This document shows, one piece after another, positions 52,386-62,900 of a stretch of 64,000 nt of DNA. Both the position numbers and the translations under genes were made by a program. The stretch comes from Salinibacterium sp. Lineage in GTDB: Bacteria > Actinomycetota > Actinomycetes > Actinomycetales > Microbacteriaceae. Under the pieces are notes generated by a model. It saw only the letters and a program-made list of their open reading frames with translations. It did no database searches and had not been told where the DNA came from. Every line of letters starts with the position of its first letter. Positions within the stretch are counted from its first letter, which is position 1. The stretch spans positions 826-64,825 of the forward strand of contig SCSV01000081.1 of assembly GCA_004297555.1 (NCBI GenBank). The letters are read 5' to 3'.

Positions 52386-53747
52386 TCAGACCGCAATTCC
52401 CGGAAGAGTTGATCCCGTGAAGAAGACGCTGTCCGTGTAGATGTCATCGCTGTACTGCCGGATCGCCACGCTCCACTCCCCGCTCGAGTCTGGACTGAGA
52501 CCGGTCACCGTGAACGAGTTGTCGATTCCGCCGCTCTTGCGAACCAGCCGAATCCGCATGCCAGGGGTCAGGAGTGCCCCGCGTGTCCAGGTCTTGAAAC
52601 CACCCTCGAACTTGAACTGTGCCTGATTCGCATAGATCGCGGCAACTCTGAGGGCCACCTTCGGATCGTTGATGGAGGCGATGTTGAGCTCGGCCGGAAC
52701 GATCGCGATGTCCCCGGTTGAGATCCCCGGGTTCTCCACGACGGCCGTGTTGGGTGCGTATTCATTGGTCGAATCCGAGTAGTTGATCTTGACTTGCGTT
52801 GGACGATCGCGCTTCACCTCTCGAATGACCACTTCCTTCGCGTCGATCCCCTCATAGAAAGTATATGCGTCTTCGGGCTGGGCGACGCCGACCCGTACGC
52901 GCCACTTCCCGCGATACTTGAAGCTCTCGCCAGCGAATGATGCACAGAAGACGTCCTTCCAGGCTCTCATCGTCGCAGGCTGGATCATGGCGAGGCCGAT
53001 TTGATAGCGCTTCTCCCCACCGACCAATTCGTCACAGGCGTCGGCGCCGTCGTCGAAGCTGGCCTCATCGATCTCAGATGAAGTTGCATACCTGCTGCGC
53101 AGCAGGGCATCGCGCCAACAAAGGACAGGGTTCGTGGAGAACGCTGTCGTTGGGCCACGGTGGTCGAAAATCTGGTTGAAACCCTGAACGTCGAAGGCGT
53201 ATTCCGTAGAGTTCACTTGGTCCCGAGTCGGCGGGTCGGTGTCGACGCGCGTGATGATGAAGCGCGCATAGGCGTCCGACGGCTGCCCAGTGACGTCGAA
53301 CGGGGCGTAGAGATCGTGAGCCTGGGTTGGCGGCCCCGTAAAGATGTCGGGTGTGCCGGGTCCAGCAACGCAAGTCGCGCCCTCGATCTCACCCTTGCAC
53401 AGCATTACATAGATGGCGTGAGTAACGCTGGTCGGGGCCGGGTTGTAACCGATGACCTTTCCGGCGATCCGCGCGTTGCCGTAGACCCAAATTTTCATAT
53501 CACCAACAGAGAGCGCGTGCGTCGCGCTGGCCCCGCTCGATGTGAAAGTTGGGTTGACGCTTCCCGGGGACGGCTGCCCGCCGGGCCGGACAAAGCCGGT
53601 CATGATCCGCCACCACTCCCAGTCTCCAGTGACAGGTTGCTGTGGCTTCTCGATCTCTTTTGTGATTGGGGCCGGGTCTGGATTCAGCACTTCCTTCGGG
53701 TTGCCACCGAAAGCAGTACCGGGATCGTCGGGGAGTCGGCGCGGCAT
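52386..53747 (-). CDS. Tail tip/central baseplate protein (gpJ/Phage-tail_3-like core)
   Basis: STNPVLCWRDALL...IDEASF..AD.CDE; VKINYSD..NEY; GMRI...FTVTGL..SGEWSVAIRQY. Confidence 0.75.
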   Translation of the reverse strand: MPRRLPDDPGTAFGGNPKEVLNPDPAPITKEIEKPQQPVTGDWEWWRIMTGFVRPGGQPSPGSVNPTFTSSGASATHALSVGDMKIWVYGNARIAGKVIGYNPAPTSVTHAIYVMLCKGEIEGATCVAGPGTPDIFTGPPTQAHDLYAPFDVTGQPSDAYARFIITRVDTDPPTRDQVNSTEYAFDVQGFNQIFDHRGPTTAFSTNPVLCWRDALLRSRYATSSEIDEASFDDGADACDELVGGEKRYQIGLAMIQPATMRAWKDVFCASFAGESFKYRGKWRVRVGVAQPEDAYTFYEGIDAKEVVIREVKRDRPTQVKINYSDSTNEYAPNTAVVENPGISTGDIAIVPAELNIASINDPKVALRVAAIYANQAQFKFEGGFKTWTRGALLTPGMRIRLVRKSGGIDNSFTVTGLSPDSSGEWSVAIRQYSDDIYTDSVFFTGSTLPGIAV

Positions 53748-53750
53748 GAT

Positions 53751-55736
53751 TTATATCAGCGTGGTGTCTAGAATAAACTGGAAACTTAGGCTTCCGGTGC
53801 AACCGTTTGCATCGGTAGCGGTGAAGGTCAAGGTCCTGGTCTCTGAGTTATCACAGAAATTACCAGTGATGGTTCCGTCGGAATTTAATGTCCATCCGGT
53901 AGGCATAGTACCAGTTTTTGAGTATGTGTATGGAGCGATGCCGCCGGTAGCCAGAAGATGATGCAGGGCAGCTAGGCAATCGATACTGTGGTTCGTGAAA
54001 CTGTACGGACTGTTCTGTGTCGATCCATCACTGTTTTTCTTCATGAGCAATGTGATCGTTGGGCAGATCGTTACATTGTAAGCCCTTGAGCCAGTGCAAC
54101 CGTACGCATCGGTAGCCGTAATCGTGAAGCTAAAAACCCCACTCGCAGTAGTTGACCCGCTCAGTGATCCCCCGCTAGAAAGCGACGTCCCCGTCGGCAA
54201 TGTTCCGGAGGTGACAGCGAATGTGTAGCTCGCAGTACCGCCGCTCGCGGTGATAGTGGTCGTGGCGAGTGCAGCTCCGACAGTCACGCCGCTGATCGAT
54301 GAGGGCGAGACCGTGATACCTGGACAACTCGCAACGATCTCGAATTCTTTCTCGCCAGGGCAACCGTTGTCGTCGGACACTATCACGTTGAATGTGTATG
54401 TTCCGGAGGTCGTTGGTGTCCCCGAGAGAACGCCGCTGCTCGAGTCGATCGAGAGTCCCGGCGGAACGCTCCCGCTTGTCGAGAAGGTATACGGCGAAGC
54501 GCCACCAGTCGCTCCGAAGGTTCGCGAGTAGGCGGTACCGAGTGTCGCAGCAACCGTCGAGCCGGTGATTGTGATGGCCGGGCAATCGGGCGCCAGGACA
54601 TACTCACGATGGCCCGTGCAACCATTTGCGTCTGTCGCCGTGATTGTGAATGTATGCGAGCCAGCACCAGTGGGCGTCCCCGAAATGATCCCCGTGTCCG
54701 GATCTAGCGATAGTCCGGACGGGAGCGTTCCGGTTGTGACCGCGAACGTGTAGGGCGCCACGCCGCCGGACGCAGAGACGGTATCAGAGTAGGAGGCATC
54801 GACAGAGGCAGCGGCGAGGCTGGTCGGCGAGACGGTGATTGTCGAGCATCCAATAGCAATCAGGTACTCGTTGTCCAGGTAGCACCCACGTGCGTCCATG
54901 GCCCTCAGGATGAACTCGAAAGACCCAGTCGCAGTTGGCGTTCCGGTGACCTGGGCAGTGTTTGGTGGCGTTGTCTCGAGTGTCATCCCTGTCGGCGGGC
55001 TTCCGGAGAGGATACTGAACGTAAATGGGAAAAGTCCGTGCGATGCTATGATTGTCGCGTCAGTGTAGTCCATCAGCAACGTGCCGTCCGGAAAACTGCC
55101 AGACCCTGGATTCAAGACGACGTGACAGCCTCCGCGACGCTCCTTGATCTCCACCCCGCGAACCGACACGAGCTCATTCGCGAAGTGATCGATAGAGAGC
55201 AGGTCCTGCGTAAACGCGGCATCAACGCACTGCAGGCCTCTGCCGCCGACCACTTTAATGATGGAGCCGTCACCTGGTGGCGTATCGAACGTCGCGGTGT
55301 CACGCCCGTCACGACCAGACCCGGACGTTGCGCCCCAGCCGGAGCCGATCTCCATCGGATCCCCAGAATCGATTTGCAGGACTAGCCCAGAACTGAATCT
55401 TACCGGCAAGTCGAAGAGCGTAGAGACGCCATCGCCCTTTTCGACAAGCAGCGGTACCGGCAGTAGCGGTTTCGTCTCGGCATCCCACCCATTGTAGTCG
55501 GTGAACGTAAACGCCCTGAAACGCCCGCGGCATTTTCGATAGAAGTCGTAGAGGTAGGCGATCTCGTCGAGTTCGCGAATTGGGTACATCAACCTGGCAA
55601 CGAACAGCGAGAAGTCGCGACCGACTCTCGACTGAGTGACGGAGTTCTGAGCGTAGGACAGCACAGTCAGATGCTCTCGCATCCCGACGTAGCCCTCCCC
55701 AGGCGCCCTCAGATCGCTGATGCTTGGAAAAATCAC
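53751..55736 (-). CDS. Distal tail (DUF2460-like) protein fused to five He_PIG-type Ig repeats
   Basis: LYDFYRKCRGRFRAFTFTD; five repeats with ASGG.APYTF...SGTPT...TITATDANGC. Confidence 0.8.
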   Translation of the reverse strand: MIFPSISDLRAPGEGYVGMREHLTVLSYAQNSVTQSRVGRDFSLFVARLMYPIRELDEIAYLYDFYRKCRGRFRAFTFTDYNGWDAETKPLLPVPLLVEKGDGVSTLFDLPVRFSSGLVLQIDSGDPMEIGSGWGATSGSGRDGRDTATFDTPPGDGSIIKVVGGRGLQCVDAAFTQDLLSIDHFANELVSVRGVEIKERRGGCHVVLNPGSGSFPDGTLLMDYTDATIIASHGLFPFTFSILSGSPPTGMTLETTPPNTAQVTGTPTATGSFEFILRAMDARGCYLDNEYLIAIGCSTITVSPTSLAAASVDASYSDTVSASGGVAPYTFAVTTGTLPSGLSLDPDTGIISGTPTGAGSHTFTITATDANGCTGHREYVLAPDCPAITITGSTVAATLGTAYSRTFGATGGASPYTFSTSGSVPPGLSIDSSSGVLSGTPTTSGTYTFNVIVSDDNGCPGEKEFEIVASCPGITVSPSSISGVTVGAALATTTITASGGTASYTFAVTSGTLPTGTSLSSGGSLSGSTTASGVFSFTITATDAYGCTGSRAYNVTICPTITLLMKKNSDGSTQNSPYSFTNHSIDCLAALHHLLATGGIAPYTYSKTGTMPTGWTLNSDGTITGNFCDNSETRTLTFTATDANGCTGSLSFQFILDTTLI

Positions 55737-56368
55737 GGCATAGCCTCGACGGGGATGTTTCTGCGCTCGACGATTCGAACTCCCTGGACTGAGGTGAGCC
55801 GAGCCGCGAAGCGCTCAATCGGCATGGCCTCGAGATCGAAACGACAGGTTGTTGTCCAGCGTCCGCGCGTAGGCGTGACAAGAGTGATGATCTCGTAAAT
55901 TCCTGGAGCAGAATCGAACGTGATCAAGTCACGCAGCCCGTCAGAGCCGCCGGCCAGCGTGAGCGTGATCCCGGACCCGTCAGTGAATGTGTCGATACCA
56001 GCGCGCACGGTCAGCTCCTGCGTCTCTGAGCTCGGGATGTCGTAGGCGACAGTGGTCCCGTCTGACACGCCGACCAAAAGAGGCGAAGCAGCGATGTCAG
56101 GCATCGTGTCGCTACCAAGCCCGCGAACGTCGGGAAAAGTGAATGTTCCGAATCGACCATGCATCTTCTCGAAGAAAATGTATAGCGGTTCGAGGTACTC
56201 TAAATCCTTATCCTGGAACTTCAGCGTGCAAGCGAAAGACGGGAAGAGCTTCATGATCCGACTGTACTGATACCCCTCGGAGTACCCATCCGACACAAAC
56301 GTGGAGCACTCGACATCGCTCGTACAGCCCTCGTCGGGTATGAGTTCGGCGGGGAAAATATCAGACAT
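55733..56368 (-). CDS. Distal tail protein (DUF2460-like)
   Basis: LYIFFEKMHGRFGTFTFPD; start MSDIFP overlaps upstream stop. Confidence 0.7.
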   Translation of the reverse strand: MSDIFPAELIPDEGCTSDVECSTFVSDGYSEGYQYSRIMKLFPSFACTLKFQDKDLEYLEPLYIFFEKMHGRFGTFTFPDVRGLGSDTMPDIAASPLLVGVSDGTTVAYDIPSSETQELTVRAGIDTFTDGSGITLTLAGGSDGLRDLITFDSAPGIYEIITLVTPTRGRWTTTCRFDLEAMPIERFAARLTSVQGVRIVERRNIPVEAMP

Positions 56369-56984
56369 CGGTCTTCCCGCCGAAGTGAGACTCGTTGCTT
56401 CCGCCGGTTCGGGTTTGACAGGAAACGAGATCGCGAGGGCAGAAGGTATCTGTCGAAGTGCTTTGGCATGACAGGGCGTTCTTGTATTCGAACGAGCAGG
56501 CGCGACTGATCTTTTCGTTAGGGAACGTCCTCGAGTCCGGGTCGGCCTCCTGAAGCTGCATCCGGAGCGTTTCCTGCTCATTGTTCACCGGCAGCTCTGG
56601 CTCGCCGCAAGTGCCGCTGAAGATGAGCTCGTCTTCCTTGACCGTGGTATTGGTCGGCTCCGGATCGAGCCAGGCTCCATAGATTTTGATGGCAGCTTCA
56701 GAGAAGACCTCGGTCAAGAAAAGGTAGTTCGGCCCGAATGGAGCGTCCAGCCAATCGGCCGATGCCAGCTCGATGCTGCCGAGACTGTTGATCGTGACGC
56801 TCTGTATAGACAGGCCGGAAAACGACCACTGCAGCGGCTTCCAGACGCCAGCAGGGGCATCGAAGTCTCCGGTGGTCCTCAGCGGAATCTCACAGTTGGT
56901 CCACTTGCGCTCTGTCCCGACAATTTCAATCAGGTGGAAGAAGCAAACCTCTGTCTTGCCTAGACTGTCAGCGATATAGCCCAT
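56361..56984 (-). CDS. Minor tail/hub protein (DUF2163/lambda gpL-like)
   Basis: Directly after TMP; C-terminal Cys cluster CSFEY...C...CPRDLVSC...HFGG. Confidence 0.7.
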   Translation of the reverse strand: MGYIADSLGKTEVCFFHLIEIVGTERKWTNCEIPLRTTGDFDAPAGVWKPLQWSFSGLSIQSVTINSLGSIELASADWLDAPFGPNYLFLTEVFSEAAIKIYGAWLDPEPTNTTVKEDELIFSGTCGEPELPVNNEQETLRMQLQEADPDSRTFPNEKISRACSFEYKNALSCQSTSTDTFCPRDLVSCQTRTGGSNESHFGGKTDV

Positions 56985-56987
56985 CGT

Positions 56988-59900
56988 CTATGAGCCCGTC
57001 CCGGTGTATCGATTGTCAAGCAGGCCAGGGTTGGCCCGGTTGATTCTTGCCGCGGAGTAGCCGTCTGGCGTTCGCGCTGGGTTACCGGCCGGCGGGATAG
57101 CTGGGCCGGTCCCGGGTGTCGCCGTCGGCGCCGGGGCACCCCCGGCAGCCGCTGCTGCGGCGTTGAGGGCATTGGCAAGATTATAGGCTGCTGCCGTCGC
57201 CGCGGCATGAGACGCCACGAGCCCGTCCTCACCGGACACCGAATTGTATACGGCGGTGCCGCTGTCTGTGAAGAGCTTCATGGCGTCTGTCATCGCCTGT
57301 CCGAGCGGTCCATTCGTGGCGAGAATCTCATCGACGAAACTGTTCAGCTTGGTGTCGACGGAGACCTTGAGAGCATCGGCGCTGGCCGCGAGTTGGTCGA
57401 GCTTCAGTTTGGCGAGATCGATCGAGGACCCGAGGTTCGTGGTGACGCTCTCGCGGATCTGCAGGAGGGCCGCGTCGAGCATCCCGATCTCGGTGGTCGC
57501 GTCGGTGATGTTGGTTTGGAGGAGAGTACCCGCCGCCTCGAGAATTCCGGCCATCTGGTCGTTGGCAGCCTTCATCTTGTCCGTCATGACGGCGTAGGCG
57601 AGTGTCCCGACGCGATCGGTCTCGGCCAGCACCTTGTCGGCCCAGGCGTAGGCCGCCTGACGGTTTGAATCGCCTTCCTTGAAGAGTCCGAGATACTGAG
57701 TGATGTCCCCCTGCTGCGCGTCGGTGATTTGCTTGATGCGCGCCGGATCGGTCACCCCCTCGAGCTCCTTCCCGAGGCGATCTATCTCGGCATGTAGGAA
57801 GTCGGCCTGCTGCCCTGGATCCATCTGGGCAAGCTGCATCTCGCGACGCTGCTGGGCGATGGAGGTATGAAGGTCCTGGGCTTGCTGGACGATCTGCTGG
57901 AGCAGGGCCCTCTGCTGGTCGTACATGGTCTTCGCAGCGGCCCCGACGTCCTGGATTGCCTTGACCTGAGCCATCCCGGAGAGCTGGGCCGCGGCGCTGA
58001 GCTTTGCCTGGAGCACTGTCGCCTGGGTTGCGAAGTCAGCAAATGGGTTGGCGTTCGCGGAGGTTACACCCTGGCCCGCGCCCGGCGTCACCCACGCGTG
58101 AAGATCGGGAGACCCAGAAAACATCCCGCGAAATTGACCCGCTTGATCATTGATGATCGCGAGCTCGTCCTGGCCCGCCTTGACCTGGGCCGAGAGCCCG
58201 TCGAACAGAGTCTTGATTGCCGCGATCCCAGCGTCAGCAGCCTTCTGGACCCCCGACGCGTCCGCAGCGTTCGCGATCTGATCAAAAACACCGGCCAACG
58301 TGTCGCGCGCTTCTTCGGTGACCTGATCCTGCGTCAGCATCGACTGGCGCATCGTCTCGCGCGCGGCGTCGACCGAGGCCACGACCTGGTTCGCGATTTG
58401 GATTTGATTCAGGAGATCCTTGAAGAGGGCATCGATCGCGCCCTGGGCCTGTTGCGCGATCTGCTGAACTTCCTCAGGCGTCGTGGCGACATGAATCCTC
58501 TCGCGGGCCCCGGTGACGATCGTCTGGTTTTTGGCGTTGACGTCGGCCTGCGTCTGGAAGGCGGTACGGATCGTTTCGGCCTGTTGCGTGAGCGAGGCAT
58601 CGAGTGAGTCCATGATGCCTTTGATTTTGGTGATGTACTGCAGCTCGAGGTCGTACCTCTGCTTGATTTGGTCGACCACGGCCTGCGTCTGCTTGATGAG
58701 TTCGTCGCCACTGTAGAGCGAAAGGTCGTTCAAGCGTCCGACAATCGCGTCCGCGTTCTCCTGAAAACGGCTCGCTGGCGACCGCGTCGCGTCGGTCGTC
58801 ATGTCGTTGTAGAGGTCTGTGCGCGTCTTCGCGAGTTCCTTCCCGAGGTCGCGCATCGAAACTACGATCGAGACCAGGCTGTTCAGCGAGGCCATGAACT
58901 GCTTCGGATCTGCGTTGACAAGCTCTTGGCTGAGGCTCTTGATCGTGTCGGCCGTGAATCCGAGACCTTTAAGCATTTTCGGAATCGGAGCGTCAGGGTC
59001 ATACAGTTTCTTCACGGCGTCCGGCCAGTTGCCCGCCTGATCCATTCCGGGAAGCCAGAAGTTGAACCCCGCAATCCCGCCCGGAGTCGTCTGCTGGCCA
59101 GCGGTGCCGGGCGTCCCCGGTGTGTATTTGCCGCTGCCGGGCGCATCGCGGTTCCCCGGCGAGGTGTACCCGACCTGGCCGAACGCCGCCTGCAGCGAGA
59201 ACTTGGGCAGCGTCGTTGTCAGAAACGTCTGCCAGTCTTTCTGGATGTCCTCGTTCGACCCTGCCCCGATGTCGAACCTGCCTCCGACGAGCATGTTCGC
59301 GAGGTTCTTCTGATACGACTCGGTAAGCGCGTGCGCGCTGTCTGGCGCTGCCATTCGGAAGATGTCAGTAAGGGACCCGAGCATCTCGTCGAGGACCTTT
59401 TTCCCTGCGATGTCGGTGGCGTTCGCGGGTGCATATCTCGAGTAGTCCGTCGGGATGTCGTGTGGGCCAGGGAGCGCCACCGGTGCGTTGGGGTCGAAGA
59501 TGTCAGTAGGACCGCCGATGGCACCGCCCCCCGGTGTGCCGGGGCCGCCAGGGGCGCCAGGAATGTATGGGAGAGTCGCCGGCCCCACCGGCGTATTCCC
59601 CGCGACCATGGCGTTGAACTGACCGAGAACGTGTTTCTCGGTGTTCGGCGCCATCAAGACACCCACGATGCCGCCGATGATGGCTCCGATCAGAGCCACA
59701 ATCGGTCCGCCGATAGAGCCCATCGACGCGCCGAGGCCTGCCCCTGCCGCGATCCCGCCGAGGACGCCACCTACGACCGCTCCTCCGGAGAATCCAGGAG
59801 CTCCACTCATCCCGCCCACCGCCGAGCCGTATCCGGCGCCCTGCAGGCCCCCGCCGACCGGTCCACCGCCGAAGTTGGAGCCAGCCCCGCCGCCGCCTCC

Positions 59901-62900
59901 TGCCCCAGGCGTGTTTCCCATCCATGGCTGCCCCTGTACCAGATCGTCCTGCGCCGCACCGCCCACATAGGTACCGCCAAAGCTACCGCCCAACTTCGAG
60001 GCATCCTTGGCGTTGCCCATGTCGGTGAGGTTCTTGATCCACCGCATCAGCATGTCGGACATGCTCTTCGCCCACTCCTTGACCATTGTCTGGCGGAAGT
60101 TATCCCAGGCGTCGGCGAACCCGTGTATGCCCTTGGTGGCCACATTGACAAAGAGGTCCTGGAATCCTGCCCCGAGGTCGGCGAAAATTGCCTTGGTCTG
60201 CGTCGCAGCGCTCTGGGCCTCCGTCGGGATCGAAGCCATCGCCTGCTTGATCCCTGCCGTGATGCCAGTCGCGGCGTCTCGGCCCCAGCGCTCCATTGTC
60301 TGGCCCATCTCGTTCAGGCCCTCGTTGTTTGTGATGAGGCCCTCGGAGACGCGCTTGTTGATGTCGGCCTGGATCGCGCCCCAGTCGTTGCGCATCCCGG
60401 CCCAGCTTAGGCGGATCTTCTGAGTTGAGAGCTCGGTGATTCTGGCCTTCTCGTCCTCCCCTGCCTGCCAAATCGTGACCATATGGGCGACTTCGTCGTC
60501 GCTCATTTTCATGATCTCTTGTGTGGTAGTCGTCTCCAGCGTCAGACGCTTCACGCTGGCGTCGATTCTGGCCTCGGCGAGCTTGGCCTCGCCCGCGATT
60601 TGTTCCTGGATGGTCAGCGCGTTTTTGTCGCGCATTTCCTCGAGACCCTTGTTCATCTTATCGAGGGCGAGCGTTTGCGCCTCGAGAGCCTCGGCCGCGG
60701 CGTTGTTTTTCCATAGAGCACGGTCAGACTCGGCAAGGGCCGCGGCCTGCTCACTAATCTTCCCAACCTTCGCTTCCTTAATGAGTCTCTGATCGAGCGC
60801 CTCATTCAGCTTGGCATATTTGAGGTTGATCTCGTCGATGGCTTTGGCGAGACCTGTCTCTGTGTTCGGTGCGATTCGGGCGAGGTCATTTTGTTTCTGG
60901 AGGTATTCGGTCAGCTCATCGTTAGCCTTCTGTACCTTGTCGGCTTGGTCCTTCCAAATCTTGCTGACTTCCATTTTGCTAGCTGTCTGCTGTAGCGCGA
61001 TGACCTTCCCCTGAGCAATCGCCGCATCGTCCCCGACGCTTCGGATCTTATTGCCCCACTCATCATATTCCTTGATCGTATTTACGTCGATGCGCGAGAC
61101 GCCGCCATTCGGATCCTTGACGGTCTTCAGCACCTTCCCGTTCACGTAGTCGTACTGATCCCCGAGCTTGTGCAGCTCCTCGACCTCCTTGACAATTTGC
61201 GACTGGTTTTGGAGCTGGGCCTGCAGGACCTTCCCGCTGAGGTCGCCGCTGTAGCCTGCGATCTTCGCGCGCAGAGACAGCGTCTTTTCTTCGATGCGTG
61301 CCATCGCCGCCATCTGCTTGTCGGTGGCCTCAGTGTTATCTTTGGTCGACTGTGTAACGGCCAACGTCATCGCGTTGAGCTCTTGGAGGGTGATGACGTG
61401 GGCGCGGGTTTTGCCATCTGCCGCACTCATCTTTTCGAGCAGCGCCTGCATCACCTCGGTGCGTTTGGCCATGGTCATGCTAAGGAGTTTCTCGGTGGCC
61501 TCGTCCGTTAGGCTGGCCCCGGTCTTCTGGGTGATCTGGTTCTTGAAACGCTCGAGGACCAGTCCATACTCATCCCACGATTGCTTGGCCTCTGCCTCGG
61601 CGTTGAACTTCTGGAGTAGTGGAATCGCCAATATTAGCCCAGCGACAATAGCCGAAATGCCTACGTACACAGCGATCAACGGTGCCGCGCTCATGGTCAC
61701 GCCGCCGATCGCTATCTCCATAGCGCCCAGAGCCTTGGTAACGCTGGCGATCGTCGCCACGACGCCAGACAGCGCGTTGAACGCATAGAATCCGGCGACG
61801 ATGGCGGGACCCATAGGTCCAAGCGCATCGATCAAATTGGTAGTACCATTGATAACGGCAGTGATCAACGGTATGGCTGGTCCAAGCGAATCGAGGAATG
61901 ATGCGCCAGCCTTCGCAATGGCAACACCAAGATTAAAAAATGCCGCAGCTAGCGGTGCCATTTTCTGGACAACCGAAGCTATGATTGTGCCAACCTCTTT
62001 GAGCGGCTCGAGCACTGCAGGATTGAACGAGACACTCTGCCCGCCGATAGTGGCAACGCTAGACATGACGGTTGCTAGCTGACGTTTTATGGAGTCAACT
62101 ACCGGCTGCATTGACCTACCAGCAATTTGCTCGATAGCGTCCTTCACCTGACTGACGAGCCCGGTGAAGGTGGCCTGAAGCCGCGGCCCCATCTGAAGGA
62201 ACTGGTCGAGCTTGCCCTGCAGGTTCTGGACGGCGTCGCCCTGCTCACGCCAGGAGCGGATCGTAGCGCCGTCGATACCCATCGCCTTGATGAAGGCCCC
62301 TATCTGTCCACTAGCGCGCGGGAAGCCCTCGAGAGCAAGCTGGATCTGACGGAAGGCCGCCTCGAACGGCACCTGCATCGTGCTGGCCAGGTTGGCCACG
62401 GTCTGCGTGAGGCGGACGATCTCCTCGGTAGAGGCCTTCTGATTGCCGACGCCAGCCAGGATCCGCTCATACCCCTGCTCGAGCTGGCTGAAGGTTGCGT
62501 TCGTCTGGAAAGCAGCGGCGCGCAGGCGGTCCTGCGCGTCAGTGGCGATGTCGAGCGCAGCCGCATAGGCCTTGGCCCCGGTGATCAGCTCGCCCTGGGA
62601 ATCGTGGAGAGTATGGAAGGTCTGGACCATCGCGGCGATGCCGATCCGCGACACCTCCAGCTTCCGGTCGAAGTCGATGCCTTCCTTGATCCATGCCCCG
62701 AACCCAAACGAGAGGCCGGCAACCGTCGCAACCGTAGCGACAATCTGGCGCATGCTCGATAGGACCTTGTCGAACCCTCCCGAGATTTTGTCGGTTACCT
62801 CTTGGGCGGTAGCGCCGAGAGCGGTCGTCTTACCAGAGAGCTCATTGATCGCAGACAGTACCTTCCGAACCGCAGCCTCGGCCCCGGAATCGGCACCATC

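Noticed and set aside
58668-60410. 580-aa plus-strand ORF (likewise 8018-9154, 11300-12220, 7903-8703)
   Set aside because: Antisense shadows of high-GC genes; no RBS or motifs, and Arg/Gly/Leu-biased composition.
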